A DNA stretch of 64,000 bases from Nitrospirales bacterium (GCA_965223295.1 CBDCWC010000003.1:1664001-1728000), one strand, 5' to 3'; shown: positions 9,423 to 19,623, numbered from the stretch's first letter. Notes: generated from the letters alone by a model not told the origin. Made by a program: numbers and translations.

Positions 9423-10232
9423 ATGGCTAATCAAAGCTTCATGAAAAGTGTTCTGAAAAAAACAGTCATCGGAATTATCATTGGAGTCATTTTAGTTGTT
9501 GTGGCTCAGATGACGCATTTTCCGCATGTCTTTCAGGTGATGTTCTTCATCTATGCCATGCTTGGAACACTCGTGTTCATCCTGTTGGATGCACCTCCGA
9601 TGACACGATTAGAAGGGATGAAGGCTTTGGGGGCGTTGGTAGTTTTTTATCTCCTCCTTTCTGGAATGTATATCGCTGGGGCTTCAATTCTTCCTCAATT
9701 TGACCCCGCTATTGAAGCAGGAAAAATCGAAAAACTTTTGAAAGCCCGCAGAGCTAGGACGGAGCAGGGTAAGGCCGATGAGCTCATTGCCCGAGCAAAA
9801 GAGCTGGATGAGAGAGCCAAGGCTATTTCCAAGCAGCTGGCATCATTGGGTGGTGCGGCTCAACAAGTTGAAGTAGTCGAAGAGAAGAGTGGAGGTGGAG
9901 CGGCTTCTGGTGATCTTATTGCGCTTGGCAAGGAACAATGGGAGCTGCAGGAATGTTATAACTGTCATAAATTATTTGGTTCTGGCGGGAAAAAGCGAGG
10001 GCCCGTCCTTGATAATATTGGCAATCTGATGACTCCAGAAGCTCTTCGAGACAAGATTTTGAACCCAAAAAGTTGGATGGCAGAAGGCTTTGAGAAGCAA
10101 TATAAGAAGGGGAAGATGCCAGATAAATATCGTGATCTGATGTTTGAAGAAGAAGTCGATGCACTGGTGGCATTCTTGGCATCGTTAAAGGATGCCTCAG
10201 TGGAAACGCCAAAGCCAATTAAGATGAATTAG
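9423..10232 (+). CDS. Membrane-anchored monoheme cytochrome c
   Basis: 3 N-terminal TM segments, coiled coil, CYNCH, GPVLD, KMP. Confidence 0.88.
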   Translation: MANQSFMKSVLKKTVIGIIIGVILVVVAQMTHFPHVFQVMFFIYAMLGTLVFILLDAPPMTRLEGMKALGALVVFYLLLSGMYIAGASILPQFDPAIEAGKIEKLLKARRARTEQGKADELIARAKELDERAKAISKQLASLGGAAQQVEVVEEKSGGGAASGDLIALGKEQWELQECYNCHKLFGSGGKKRGPVLDNIGNLMTPEALRDKILNPKSWMAEGFEKQYKKGKMPDKYRDLMFEEEVDALVAFLASLKDASVETPKPIKMN

Positions 10233-10249
10233 GGAAATCGCAGGATTTT

Positions 10250-11194
10250 ATGCAACCTAAGCTGACAGCTAAAGCTCTATGTGGAGACCAGGAAATCGGC
10301 AAGATTTCCAAAGTGATTGTTGATCCTTTGTCACATGAAATTAGCCATGTGGTGGTCAAAGAAATGGGAGCTCAGGAGCTTGATCGGCAAATCCCAATAG
10401 GGCAAGTACAGCAGATTGTGAATGAAGAAGAGATTATTCTTCGCTGTTCCCCTGAAGAGTTTAAGAGCTTTCCTGTTATTGATCGTGATCAATATGTCAC
10501 GATTCATGATGTAGAAATCGCCCATCTTGAAGATAATCTTCATGTTGAGCCCGGCGAAGTCCTCGTTCCACTTCCTCGTCTGGAGCAGGGAGTCCCTCGA
10601 AGGACATTTTTTAACAATATGACACATGCGATTGGGACGCTTATCGCACTGCCTCTGGCATTTCCTGTCTTAAAGTACCTCATGAAGCCCATGTTTAAAC
10701 CGTTCGATAATTCCTGGTTTTCTGTGGGGAATGTGAAGAAGATTAAGCAGGAAAATATTGGGTTTCAGTTTAAATTTAGCCGTGGATTTAAAGAAGCATT
10801 CATGCCTGAGCAGCAGATTGAGAAGAATATTTGGGTTGTCAAAGCCACCCCTGAGGTGCAAAAGGCGGTGTATGGGGGTAAAGATGCGAGGTTTCTTGAC
10901 AACAAAGGCCAGGTTCTTCATGTAAATAAAGCCAATTCACCATATATAGGATTTTCTGGTAAGTGTCCACATTTGGGATGCGGGTATAAGTGGCGAAGGA
11001 CAAAAAGTAATCCAGATGGAGTGTTCCTCTGTCCCTGTCACCTAAGTCTTTATGATGCTGCTGGCAAGGTGATTGATGGTCCAGCCCCTCGTGGTCTTGA
11101 TGTTCTCCCGATGGATGTGAATGCCGCTGGCGAAATTAAAATTATCGATATTGAATACAAAGCTGGCGTGAATAAGCAGATCCGGCTTCTGTAA
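10250..11194 (+). CDS. qcrA: Rieske Fe-S subunit of a cytochrome bc complex with N-terminal PRC-barrel-like domain
   Basis: CPHLGC and CPCHLS, GPAPRGL; internal twin-arginine motif PRRTFF before the TM helix; N-terminus IGKISKVIVDP..EISHVVV. Confidence 0.9.
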   Translation: MQPKLTAKALCGDQEIGKISKVIVDPLSHEISHVVVKEMGAQELDRQIPIGQVQQIVNEEEIILRCSPEEFKSFPVIDRDQYVTIHDVEIAHLEDNLHVEPGEVLVPLPRLEQGVPRRTFFNNMTHAIGTLIALPLAFPVLKYLMKPMFKPFDNSWFSVGNVKKIKQENIGFQFKFSRGFKEAFMPEQQIEKNIWVVKATPEVQKAVYGGKDARFLDNKGQVLHVNKANSPYIGFSGKCPHLGCGYKWRRTKSNPDGVFLCPCHLSLYDAAGKVIDGPAPRGLDVLPMDVNAAGEIKIIDIEYKAGVNKQIRLL

Positions 11195-11229
11195 GAGCAG
11201 TACTCTTTTCATTCAAGGAATTTTCCTTC

Positions 11230-12342
11230 ATGCAGCAGGACTCCCAGTCAGTCAACGAACCCAATCCATTTGAAAAAGTTGTTGAATTTGTTGATGAACG
11301 GGTTGGCCTGAAAACCATTCAAGCCAAAATGCTCAACGAGCCCATACCAGGCGGGTCTCGGTGGGCTTATGCCTTTGGGTCAGTCCTCCTTTTTATTTTC
11401 ATTCTCCAGGTGGTCACTGGGATATTGTTGATGTTTTATTACGTCCCCAGTACCGATCATGCCTACGACAGTACTCAATACATCATTCATGAAGTTGACT
11501 ACGGGTGGTTTCTTCTGAGCTACCATTTTTGGGGTTCATCGGCTATGGTCGTCATGGTGTTTGCCCATATGTCTCAAGTCTTTTTATGGGGCGCATATAA
11601 AAAGCCTAGAGAATTGATATGGCTTGTCGGTCTGGCGCTTTTTGGAATTGTGATGGGGTTCGGATTTACCGGATACCTCTTGCCGTGGGATCAACGAGCC
11701 TATTGGGCTACGGTGGTGGGGGTCGAAATTATGGACAAAACTCCCATTGTGGGAGATTTTATGGCCAGATTTCTGAAGGGTGGTCCTACGCCCGGTCAAA
11801 TGACGCTCAGTCGATTTTTTGTCATACATGTCATGGTCTTGCCAGCGGCATTAGCCGGATTAGCTGGCCTTCATATCTTCCTGTTTAGAAAAGCAGGACC
11901 TGCCGGACCGTTTAGAGGAAGTCCGGAGGAGATCAAGGCTAAGACAGATTACTTCTTTCCGCGTCAAATTTGGAAAGATATTGTGGCGATGGCCACTGTG
12001 TTTCTCATTATCTGTTCTTTAGCGTTTATTGAGCCTGTTGTCTTGCTTGAGCAGGCGACTCCCGATCCTGGCGACTATCATCCAGAGCCAGAATGGTATT
12101 TTCTCTTTCTCTTTCAACTACTCCGCCTAAAAATGTTTGGAGGAGAGTTCGGGCAATTTCTTGGGGCTATAGCCATCCCTGGAGCGTTTATGGCTTTCCT
12201 GGCCGCTCTTCCTTTTATCGACACGAATCCTGAGCGAAATCTTTTTAAGCGCCCGGCCGCTCTTATTGGATGGACTCTAATAATGGTTATTATTTTGGTG
12301 TTTACCGTCTCAGCCATTATCAATCGAGAGTTTTTACATTAA
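11230..12342 (+). CDS. qcrB: Cytochrome b subunit of the bc complex (b6 + subunit IV type fusion)
   Basis: GFTGYLLPWDQRAYWA, heme His pairs (HFWG..AH, IHVM..LH), PEPEWYF Qo motif. Confidence 0.93.
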   Translation: MQQDSQSVNEPNPFEKVVEFVDERVGLKTIQAKMLNEPIPGGSRWAYAFGSVLLFIFILQVVTGILLMFYYVPSTDHAYDSTQYIIHEVDYGWFLLSYHFWGSSAMVVMVFAHMSQVFLWGAYKKPRELIWLVGLALFGIVMGFGFTGYLLPWDQRAYWATVVGVEIMDKTPIVGDFMARFLKGGPTPGQMTLSRFFVIHVMVLPAALAGLAGLHIFLFRKAGPAGPFRGSPEEIKAKTDYFFPRQIWKDIVAMATVFLIICSLAFIEPVVLLEQATPDPGDYHPEPEWYFLFLFQLLRLKMFGGEFGQFLGAIAIPGAFMAFLAALPFIDTNPERNLFKRPAALIGWTLIMVIILVFTVSAIINREFLH

Positions 12343-12348
12343 GCGCTC

Positions 12349-13227
12349 ATGACAATGTCGAATATTAAATTGGGCCTTCTTGTTTTTTGGCCCACATTTT
12401 GGACCGGGTTTCCTATTAAGTTGGCTTTTGCTCTCTTGATGCTGGCCGCACATATGCATCCTTGGGAGGGTTCGGGCTTATTCCTCCTGTTACTTATTTC
12501 AATTCCAATAGACATTTGGGCTTTAGGTCTTTGTGCCAGAACGGTATTTATTGATCGTCTGAAGGTCGACCCTCAACCTGGGTTTGCTCCTAACCTTTGG
12601 GTTCGCTGGGCGGTTTTTTCTGCTATTGCGTTGCCATTAATCAAAATGATCGTTTCGGGTGTAACTGGGGTGGCAAAATCTGTCACATCTAGTATTATTC
12701 ATTCCGTCAAAGAAAGTATCTGGCCGACACTACCGGTCGCTGAACAAATAACAATTGAACTTGTGATGTGGGGAACCGTATCTTCAGCGGTCCTGATTCT
12801 TTGCATTTTGGGGTGGCTATATGGCTTAGGATGGCTGACTCAACCATTTGTGAGAAATGCCAAACCTTTGGATGGAACAGAGGAAGAACGAGCAAGTTTT
12901 TGGGATGGTCTTCGCATTCCCGCAGACCAGCCGCTACTCTTGACTGCGTTTACGGGTGCTGGCGTGGTCTTGGTCTTCGTTTTCTGGGCTTTATTGCCTC
13001 CATCAACTCCTCATCCCCATGAAGAATATGAATTTATTTCCTCTGGTACTCAAGAAGTTAAAGTGGAGCCTAAAAAAGTCTTAAAAGAAGCTGAAAAGGT
13101 CTTGGTCAAAGCTGAGTTAGTTGTCAAAAAGCTTGAAGAAGAAAAGGGTGACGAGCCAAAAGATTTCAAAGATGAAAAGGCGGCAGAACCGAAAACTAAA
13201 GATGCTCAACCTGAAACGAAAAAATAA
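12349..13227 (+). CDS. Uncharacterised membrane protein within the respiratory operon
   Basis: About 5 TM segments, TPHPH motif, charged C-terminal tail; 6 bp from qcrB. Confidence 0.8.
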   Translation: MTMSNIKLGLLVFWPTFWTGFPIKLAFALLMLAAHMHPWEGSGLFLLLLISIPIDIWALGLCARTVFIDRLKVDPQPGFAPNLWVRWAVFSAIALPLIKMIVSGVTGVAKSVTSSIIHSVKESIWPTLPVAEQITIELVMWGTVSSAVLILCILGWLYGLGWLTQPFVRNAKPLDGTEEERASFWDGLRIPADQPLLLTAFTGAGVVLVFVFWALLPPSTPHPHEEYEFISSGTQEVKVEPKKVLKEAEKVLVKAELVVKKLEEEKGDEPKDFKDEKAAEPKTKDAQPETKK

Positions 13228-13330
13228 TACAAAAGACGAGAAATTTTGGCTAGTAAGAGGATTATGGCATGCGTTATAAGTATGCGAAACAAGTTTTCAT
13301 GCTTCAAAATGACCGACTGAAGGGGGCCTA

Positions 13331-15208
13331 ATGATGAAAGCGGCCAACCACATAGAATCATCCAGCCAGATTCGTCTCCTGGAAAAAATGCCTTCTATTT
13401 TTAAGTGGGTGAGTTTCCTTTCTGTCTTATTACTTCCAGTCATTGCCATGGCAGCAGGTGCGGATACGAAAGCCATGTCGGTGGAGTATCGTGATGTCCC
13501 GGGTATTGGGGCCAGAAACTTAGTGTGGGTGGTTGCCCAACAACATTTGTTGTTGGCCGGATTCGTGTTGGGCGTGCCAATTTTTGGTTGGGTCTGCGAG
13601 TTAGTTGGCTGGAAAACCAAAGAAGCTCGCTATGACAAATTAGCCAAAGAGTTTACGAAACTTCTCACCTCGGCTTATGCCACTACAGCTCTTTTCGGTG
13701 GTATCCTGTTGTTTTTGCTCATTGGCTTATATCCAAAGTTAATGGCCTATTTGACAGATATGTTTTTCCCATCGTTCCTCATCTACTGCTTACTGTTCTT
13801 AGCTGAGACCGCGACTCTGTATATGTATTGGTACGGTTGGGATTATATGCAGGGGAATAAGAAAGTCTTTCATTTATTTTTGGGCTTTCTTCTGAATCTG
13901 TTTGCTATTGGCATTATGATTGTTCCCAATTCTTGGGCTACCTTCCAGGCCAGTCCTGTCGTGGTGGCTGATGGGGACGCATGGACACGAGCATGGGCTG
14001 CCATGCATAACCCCACTTGGTGGCCGGTGAATATTCATCGCCTGATTGCCAATGTGGTGTTAGGCGGGTTTATCGTTGGTGCCTATGCTGGGATCCGGTA
14101 TCTCTTAGCTGTTTCACGCGAAGAGCGAGAGCATTACGACTGGATGGGTTATGTCGGGAACTTTATTGGGGTATTTGGAATGTTACCTCTTCCCTTTGCT
14201 GGCTATTGGCTGATGCGTGAGGTCTATCAGTACAACCAGCAAATGGGCATTACTCTGATGGGTGGATTTTTAGCATGGCTGTTTATTCTCCAGGCGATGT
14301 TAATTGGTGTTCTTTTTTTGGGTGCCAACTATTATTTCTGGATGGGTATTACCTATAGGATACCTGGGTCTGAAAACGCCTATAAGAAACCTATTATGGC
14401 CATGCTCGTCGTTCTCCTACTCTGTCTCGGCGTATGGATGACTCCGCATTCTCTTGTCGCAAGTTTGGCAGAAGCCCAGAAAATGGGAGGGACTCATCAC
14501 CCTCTGCTGGGAGTCTTCGGGGTAATGTCGGCCAAGATGACCGTGTCGAATCTCATGATTCTTGTGACCTTTATGAGTTTTATTATGTATTGGCGTGCGG
14601 GGAAACAGGAGACGGCCGGATGGGCCAAAGCGGCAAAAGCTATTATGGGGGCTCTGCTTTTCATTGGTGGGGTTGCCGTCATTGTTCTGGGAGTGTGGGG
14701 CTATTTCGTCCCGGCCATTATCCGAATCAATTACTTCTCCGTGGCCCAGGTGCTCATTGTCTTGTTTATTATGATTACGTTTACACCGTTAACGGCATTG
14801 TTAATGAAGAGTGCAAAGACAACAACTGAAATGGTCTGGGGGCAAATGCCAATACGCGCGGGATACAGTTTAGTCTTGAATGCCGTGATGGTTATTCTCT
14901 TGATGTCTCTCATGGGATATGCGCGATCCTCCTCACGAGTGCATTGGCATATTTATGGAGTGATGCGAGACACCTCGGACTATGCTTATTCCCCTGCATT
15001 AGGTTATGCCGCGGCATTCATGTCTCTGAATACGTTTGTGTATTGCTTGCTTGTTGCATTTATTTTTTGGGTGGCGACATTGGGAGATAAGGCAAAAGCT
15101 CAGCAAGCCAAAGCACCATTGCCTGTTGGGGGCGCTCCAGCAATGGCTGGCGGAGCACCAAGTGCCACTGAAACTACTGGATCTGGGGTCCTCGAAAACC
15201 ATAAGTGA
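13331..15208 (+). CDS. Cytochrome bd-like oxidase subunit (CydA-like), copy 2, with extra His motifs
   Basis: Paralog of 7681 (QQHLLLAGF, VNIHRLIAN, WMTPH), plus GGTHHP and VHWH. Confidence 0.85.
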   Translation: MMKAANHIESSSQIRLLEKMPSIFKWVSFLSVLLLPVIAMAAGADTKAMSVEYRDVPGIGARNLVWVVAQQHLLLAGFVLGVPIFGWVCELVGWKTKEARYDKLAKEFTKLLTSAYATTALFGGILLFLLIGLYPKLMAYLTDMFFPSFLIYCLLFLAETATLYMYWYGWDYMQGNKKVFHLFLGFLLNLFAIGIMIVPNSWATFQASPVVVADGDAWTRAWAAMHNPTWWPVNIHRLIANVVLGGFIVGAYAGIRYLLAVSREEREHYDWMGYVGNFIGVFGMLPLPFAGYWLMREVYQYNQQMGITLMGGFLAWLFILQAMLIGVLFLGANYYFWMGITYRIPGSENAYKKPIMAMLVVLLLCLGVWMTPHSLVASLAEAQKMGGTHHPLLGVFGVMSAKMTVSNLMILVTFMSFIMYWRAGKQETAGWAKAAKAIMGALLFIGGVAVIVLGVWGYFVPAIIRINYFSVAQVLIVLFIMITFTPLTALLMKSAKTTTEMVWGQMPIRAGYSLVLNAVMVILLMSLMGYARSSSRVHWHIYGVMRDTSDYAYSPALGYAAAFMSLNTFVYCLLVAFIFWVATLGDKAKAQQAKAPLPVGGAPAMAGGAPSATETTGSGVLENHK

Positions 15209-15214
15209 GGCATC

Positions 15215-15865
15215 ATGAGTGAAGTTGCGTTACTTCAAATAATCGGTCTGTGCGTCGTTGGTGTCGGGATTCTTATCCTATTGTTTATCAAAGGCATGTT
15301 TACTCGTGTTCTAGGGTTTGTGGCCATGGTGTTGGGGTTGTTTAGCTTGATTGCCTTAGGGGTTCCGCAAATGGCATCTCTCCCGCCAGCTATAGAAACG
15401 TTTGATCTGGCGGAAGTAAAGACTCCAAGCGATTTAGCTTCAATTGGGCAAAAAATCTTTTTCAGTAAAGGCCAATGCGCATTGTGTCATTCCATTGGGC
15501 CAAGTGAGTCCGCTCGTTGTCCAGATTTAAATGGCATTGGGGCAAAGCTCTCTCCTGAATTTATTTATGAAAGTCTGACAAAGCCACAGGCCTATATTTA
15601 TTTGGATTTTCGTCATGCGACAAAACCTGAAGAATATCCCGCACGAATGCCGCATATTGATAAAGATCCCATTGGGCTGACCAAGCCGGAAATTTATTCT
15701 GTGATTGCGTTCCTTCAAAAAATGAGTGGGGAGCCAATCAGCGTCAAAGTTGAAGATATTATGAAACCGGATGAGGAAGAGACCGAAGAGGTGGAGGTTG
15801 CCTCAATTACTGATTCCCATTCGGTCGAATCGGTAGAGGAAGAACGTGCAATGGTTGCTCGATAG
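15215..15865 (+). CDS. Membrane-anchored monoheme cytochrome c
   Basis: 2 TM segments, CALCH, RMP. Confidence 0.88.
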   Translation: MSEVALLQIIGLCVVGVGILILLFIKGMFTRVLGFVAMVLGLFSLIALGVPQMASLPPAIETFDLAEVKTPSDLASIGQKIFFSKGQCALCHSIGPSESARCPDLNGIGAKLSPEFIYESLTKPQAYIYLDFRHATKPEEYPARMPHIDKDPIGLTKPEIYSVIAFLQKMSGEPISVKVEDIMKPDEEETEEVEVASITDSHSVESVEEERAMVAR

Positions 15866-15898
15866 GAAGATGGGGAACCGGAACACAGGAGGAACAAT

Positions 15899-16624
15899 AT
15901 GAGAGGTCCAATTGCGAGCGGGGCAATTTTGATGGTCGGGATGTTTATCTTCCTGAAGTTTCTTCTCCCGTTAGTCACAGCCCCATTGCCTGCCAGTTTG
16001 ATCTATTTGTATTTAGCCCTCACATTAAGTGGCATCATGATTTATGGCACGATGAGCGCTTCTTCATTGGAGGCCCTCATGGGACCTGTTTTTCGGTTTT
16101 TAGCTGGGGAGGGGCAGTCAGGGATTGGACAGATGGCGCGATTGGCCGTGTTGGTGCTTTTCCCGTTATTGGTGGGTTGGCAAACCTATACACGTTTGGC
16201 TCCCAGTGATCTTCCTCCGGCAGAAAATAGAACCATTCACCCAGCCCCACCTGGAGAATTTGTGGGATTAGCAAATCCGTATCAAAATAATGAAGCCAAT
16301 ATTAATATGGGGAAGGGACTCTATGCAGCATATTGTTCGCCTTGTCATGGAGCGAATTTTGACGGGAAGGGACCTGCTGCACCAGGGTTCAATCCTCCTC
16401 CGGCGAATTTTGCCGACCCTGGGACCATTGCTCAGTTACAGGAATCCTATTTATTCTGGCGGATCAAAAAAGGTGGTGTTGGATTACCTGTAGAGGGCAT
16501 GCCCTGGAAGTCGGCTATGCCGCGCTGGGAAGTGGAGTTGCCTGATGAATTTATTTGGAAAATTATTATGGGCGAATATGATGGGGCGCATCAGTCTCCC
16601 AGGACGTGGGAAGAAGAAGAATAA
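15899..16624 (+). CDS. Membrane-anchored monoheme cytochrome c
   Basis: 3 TM segments, CSPCH, SAMP. Confidence 0.88.
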   Translation: MRGPIASGAILMVGMFIFLKFLLPLVTAPLPASLIYLYLALTLSGIMIYGTMSASSLEALMGPVFRFLAGEGQSGIGQMARLAVLVLFPLLVGWQTYTRLAPSDLPPAENRTIHPAPPGEFVGLANPYQNNEANINMGKGLYAAYCSPCHGANFDGKGPAAPGFNPPPANFADPGTIAQLQESYLFWRIKKGGVGLPVEGMPWKSAMPRWEVELPDEFIWKIIMGEYDGAHQSPRTWEEEE

Positions 16625-16676
16625 TAACCGTGGCTCGTCCATTAATTGAGAGCGGTGTATGTGTGGAGAAACAAAT

Positions 16677-17516
16677 ATGCTGAATAGACTGAGATTCCTT
16701 TCGACAGTTCTTTTTGTAGGAATATCTGGAATACTCGGTTTTACTAGTGTATTCGCTAGTGATCCGCCACCTGCAGGCGAACCGGTTGGAAGTGTCTCAG
16801 TCAGATTGTATCAGGTTGAAGGCAGTCTTCCTGCGAATGACCCAAATTCTGCTCAGTGGGCTTCCGTGCCAGAGTCAGAATTTAAGTTAGCTCCCCAAGT
16901 GCATTGGCCCGAACGTATTCAGGAGGTGACTGTCAAATCGGTGAAGGTCAAAGGATTGCATGATGGACAGAACCTGGCAATTTTAGTGGAGTATGAGGAT
17001 CCGACTGAAGATCCAGGAGATGCGGCAGCCGTAGAATTTATGGTGGGCGACAAGAAGGCCCATTTTGCTCATGGGCAACCCATGCTTCAGGTTGAAGGAG
17101 GCCCTGTCAATATTTGGTTTTGGAAAAAAGAAAATGGCAAGGCCTTGGATATGACTGCGAAGGGTTTTAAGACCTTGGCCACTCAAGACAAGCAAGATGT
17201 CAACGCAACAGGTTCCTGGGAGGGCGGTGTCTGGAAGGTCGTGTTTACTCGGGCGCTCAAAACAGACGATGAGCAGGATGTCCAAATAGAGCCAGGTGAG
17301 TGGAGAAGTGTCGCCTTCGCCTTCTGGGATGGGGCCGTGGTTGGCGGTCTTGTGAAAGAAAAAGGGAGTCAGAAAGCGGTTTCCTCTTGGTGGTCGATCC
17401 GGGCGGAGCCGAGTGCAGATAATTCTATTTTCGGGTGGGTTATTTTTGGCCTTGCTCTCGCTGCAGGTTTTGAATGGGTCGTGGTACGGAAACTGAGAAA
17501 GGGCCAATCAGCATGA
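16677..17516 (+). CDS. DOMON-type heme b protein (ethylbenzene dehydrogenase gamma / NxrC-like) with C-terminal TM anchor
   Basis: Signal peptide; EYEDPT, DAAAVEF, WKVVFTRAL, AFAFWDG...EKGSQK; start placed at the ATG with GGAG RBS (the ORF track starts at 16659). Confidence 0.78.
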   Translation: MLNRLRFLSTVLFVGISGILGFTSVFASDPPPAGEPVGSVSVRLYQVEGSLPANDPNSAQWASVPESEFKLAPQVHWPERIQEVTVKSVKVKGLHDGQNLAILVEYEDPTEDPGDAAAVEFMVGDKKAHFAHGQPMLQVEGGPVNIWFWKKENGKALDMTAKGFKTLATQDKQDVNATGSWEGGVWKVVFTRALKTDDEQDVQIEPGEWRSVAFAFWDGAVVGGLVKEKGSQKAVSSWWSIRAEPSADNSIFGWVIFGLALAAGFEWVVVRKLRKGQSA

Positions 17517-18547
17517 AACGGGTGGCCAAAGGAACAATGACGAGAGCCTTACTACATTTGACGCTATTGGGGTTTTCCTCCACGCTGTTATTTTTTGGCT
17601 GTGCAGGGGATGAACGAACGGCCAAAGGAAAAAAGCTTTATCATCATTATTGCAGTCATTGTCATGGGGAATCTGGTCAACAAGGGGAAGGGTTTAATTG
17701 GGACCACATGCCTGACCCCAGACCAAAAAACTTAGCCTCAAATGCAGAAATGTCGACCTTTAGTGACAAAGAAATATTCGATACGGTTTATCGTGATATG
17801 CGGGATTGGGAAGATCCAGAAGTGTTGGATGACGAGAACTATTTTGCGGTCCCTACAATGCCCACGTTTAAATATACGCTGTCCGAGGAAGAAATTTGGA
17901 ATATTGTGGGTTATGTCCGGACTCTCCATGGGATGTCATTGACTTTTGATATGGCTGGCCGCAAAAAAGAGTTAGAAGAGGCTTTAGCTACTGCACAGCA
18001 GGAAATGGAAACGACGAAAGCAAGCTATGAGGCAGCAGTGGAAAAAGCGGAAGCCGAGCAGGCCGCGTATGAAGATACGTTAACTGATGAGCAGCTTGAC
18101 GAATACGAACCAGAAGACATTGAGTTACCTGAAGAAGAAACTTTCCTTATTGCCAACGAAAAATATGAAAAAGCAAAAGCGGCCGTGGATAATTTTTCCA
18201 AGCGTCCAAAGAAAACCCGCATTGAGCGTCCTGATCTTTCTATTTCTGAAGAAGATTTAGCTCAGCAGGTAGAAACAGGGAAGAAACTCTATACCAATAC
18301 GTATGGATGTAATGGATGTCATAGTCTCAATGATGTGGGCGGGTTGGTTGGTCCGGCTTTAGACCGTGCGGGTGTTCGCTTAAATCCCACATGGGTCTAT
18401 CGTTGGATTCGAAATCCCCAGGCAATAAAAAAACATACAAGGATGCCAAATTTAGGGGCTTCTGATGAAGATGCAAGAGCCCTTACCTACTATTTGGGGA
18501 CCTTACGGGCTCCAATTCCTGACGGTCCCGTTCCTGAACCTGAATAA
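17513..18547 (+). CDS. Diheme cytochrome c lipoprotein with acidic coiled-coil spacer
   Basis: FFGC lipobox-like motif, CSHCH and CNGCH, TMP/RMP; ATGA overlap with the upstream stop. Confidence 0.88.
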   Translation: MKRVAKGTMTRALLHLTLLGFSSTLLFFGCAGDERTAKGKKLYHHYCSHCHGESGQQGEGFNWDHMPDPRPKNLASNAEMSTFSDKEIFDTVYRDMRDWEDPEVLDDENYFAVPTMPTFKYTLSEEEIWNIVGYVRTLHGMSLTFDMAGRKKELEEALATAQQEMETTKASYEAAVEKAEAEQAAYEDTLTDEQLDEYEPEDIELPEEETFLIANEKYEKAKAAVDNFSKRPKKTRIERPDLSISEEDLAQQVETGKKLYTNTYGCNGCHSLNDVGGLVGPALDRAGVRLNPTWVYRWIRNPQAIKKHTRMPNLGASDEDARALTYYLGTLRAPIPDGPVPEPE

Positions 18548-18624
18548 GTTAGTTTAGTCGCACCTATTTTCCCTACCTATCCAGGTCTTCATCTTTTGCG
18601 TGTATTTCTAGGGTCTCCCCAGAT

Positions 18625-19521
18625 CTAACGGACCCCAAAGAATATTCCTGCCAGGACAATCACTCCAGTCCAGGAATGCTGTTTGAACAGTGTCAACGCT
18701 TGTGCGGGTGTGACCTGCGATCGAAGGAGAATCACTTGATAGCCCATAAGAAGTGCAATACACATAACACCAATAAAGTAAGGTAGCCCCAACCCAGTTA
18801 CCTCACCGGCGATGGATAAAAAAGCCAGCATAAAGAAGGCCGCACATCCAACACCCAGCCATGTATAGGCTCCAAATAAAATAGCTGAGGATTTCACGCC
18901 AATTTTCAGATCATCTTCCTTGTCTTGTATCGCATAAATTGTGTCATAGACAATGGCCCAACAAACAGTGGCCGCAAACAATATCCAGGTTGCTGGTTCT
19001 AAGTCATTTCGGACGGCCGCCCACGCCATCACCCCGCCCCAGCCAAATGCCAAGCCAAGAATGAATTGTGGGATGTGTAGAAACCGCTTACAGAAGGGAT
19101 AGAGCCCGGCTAAAAGTAAGGCCACGGGGCTCAGAAGCCAGGTAAGGGGATTGAGAAACCATAATAGCCCTGCTGCACAGGTGAGTAAGAGGGCTAATAA
19201 CCCCAGGGCATGTTGAGGACGTAATTGTCCTGATGCAAGTGGACGGTGGCGTGTGCGCTCGACCCGCTTATCGAATTGACGATCAGCTAGGTCATTCATA
19301 ATAACTCCGGCACTGCGCATAAGGAATGAACCGGCAATGAACACAGTGAGGAGCTTGAATGATGGCCACCCGCGTGATGCCAGTACCAATGACCATAAAG
19401 TCGGAAAGAGCAAAAGTAGCGTGCCCGTTTGGTTCCAAAGTCGGATAAGATTGGCAAAGGCCTCAAATTTTGATTGGGAGGGAGGAAGCCTAACAGAATC
19501 TGTGGAAGGGGAGTCTGACAT
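18625..19521 (-). CDS. ubiA: UbiA-family prenyltransferase (4-hydroxybenzoate polyprenyltransferase-like)
   Basis: MRSAGVIMNDLADRQFDKRVERTRHRPL, YDTIYAIQDKEDDLKIGVKSSA. Confidence 0.92.
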   Translation of the reverse strand: MSDSPSTDSVRLPPSQSKFEAFANLIRLWNQTGTLLLLFPTLWSLVLASRGWPSFKLLTVFIAGSFLMRSAGVIMNDLADRQFDKRVERTRHRPLASGQLRPQHALGLLALLLTCAAGLLWFLNPLTWLLSPVALLLAGLYPFCKRFLHIPQFILGLAFGWGGVMAWAAVRNDLEPATWILFAATVCWAIVYDTIYAIQDKEDDLKIGVKSSAILFGAYTWLGVGCAAFFMLAFLSIAGEVTGLGLPYFIGVMCIALLMGYQVILLRSQVTPAQALTLFKQHSWTGVIVLAGIFFGVR

Positions 19522-19623
19522 CAAAATAAGCGAAAAGAAAATATTCCTGCATCAGGGGAAAATGATCAAGGGTCTCTGGAGAGGGCTGGAAGTGGGATAA
19601 TCCACAACAAGCCAGCAGGTAGC

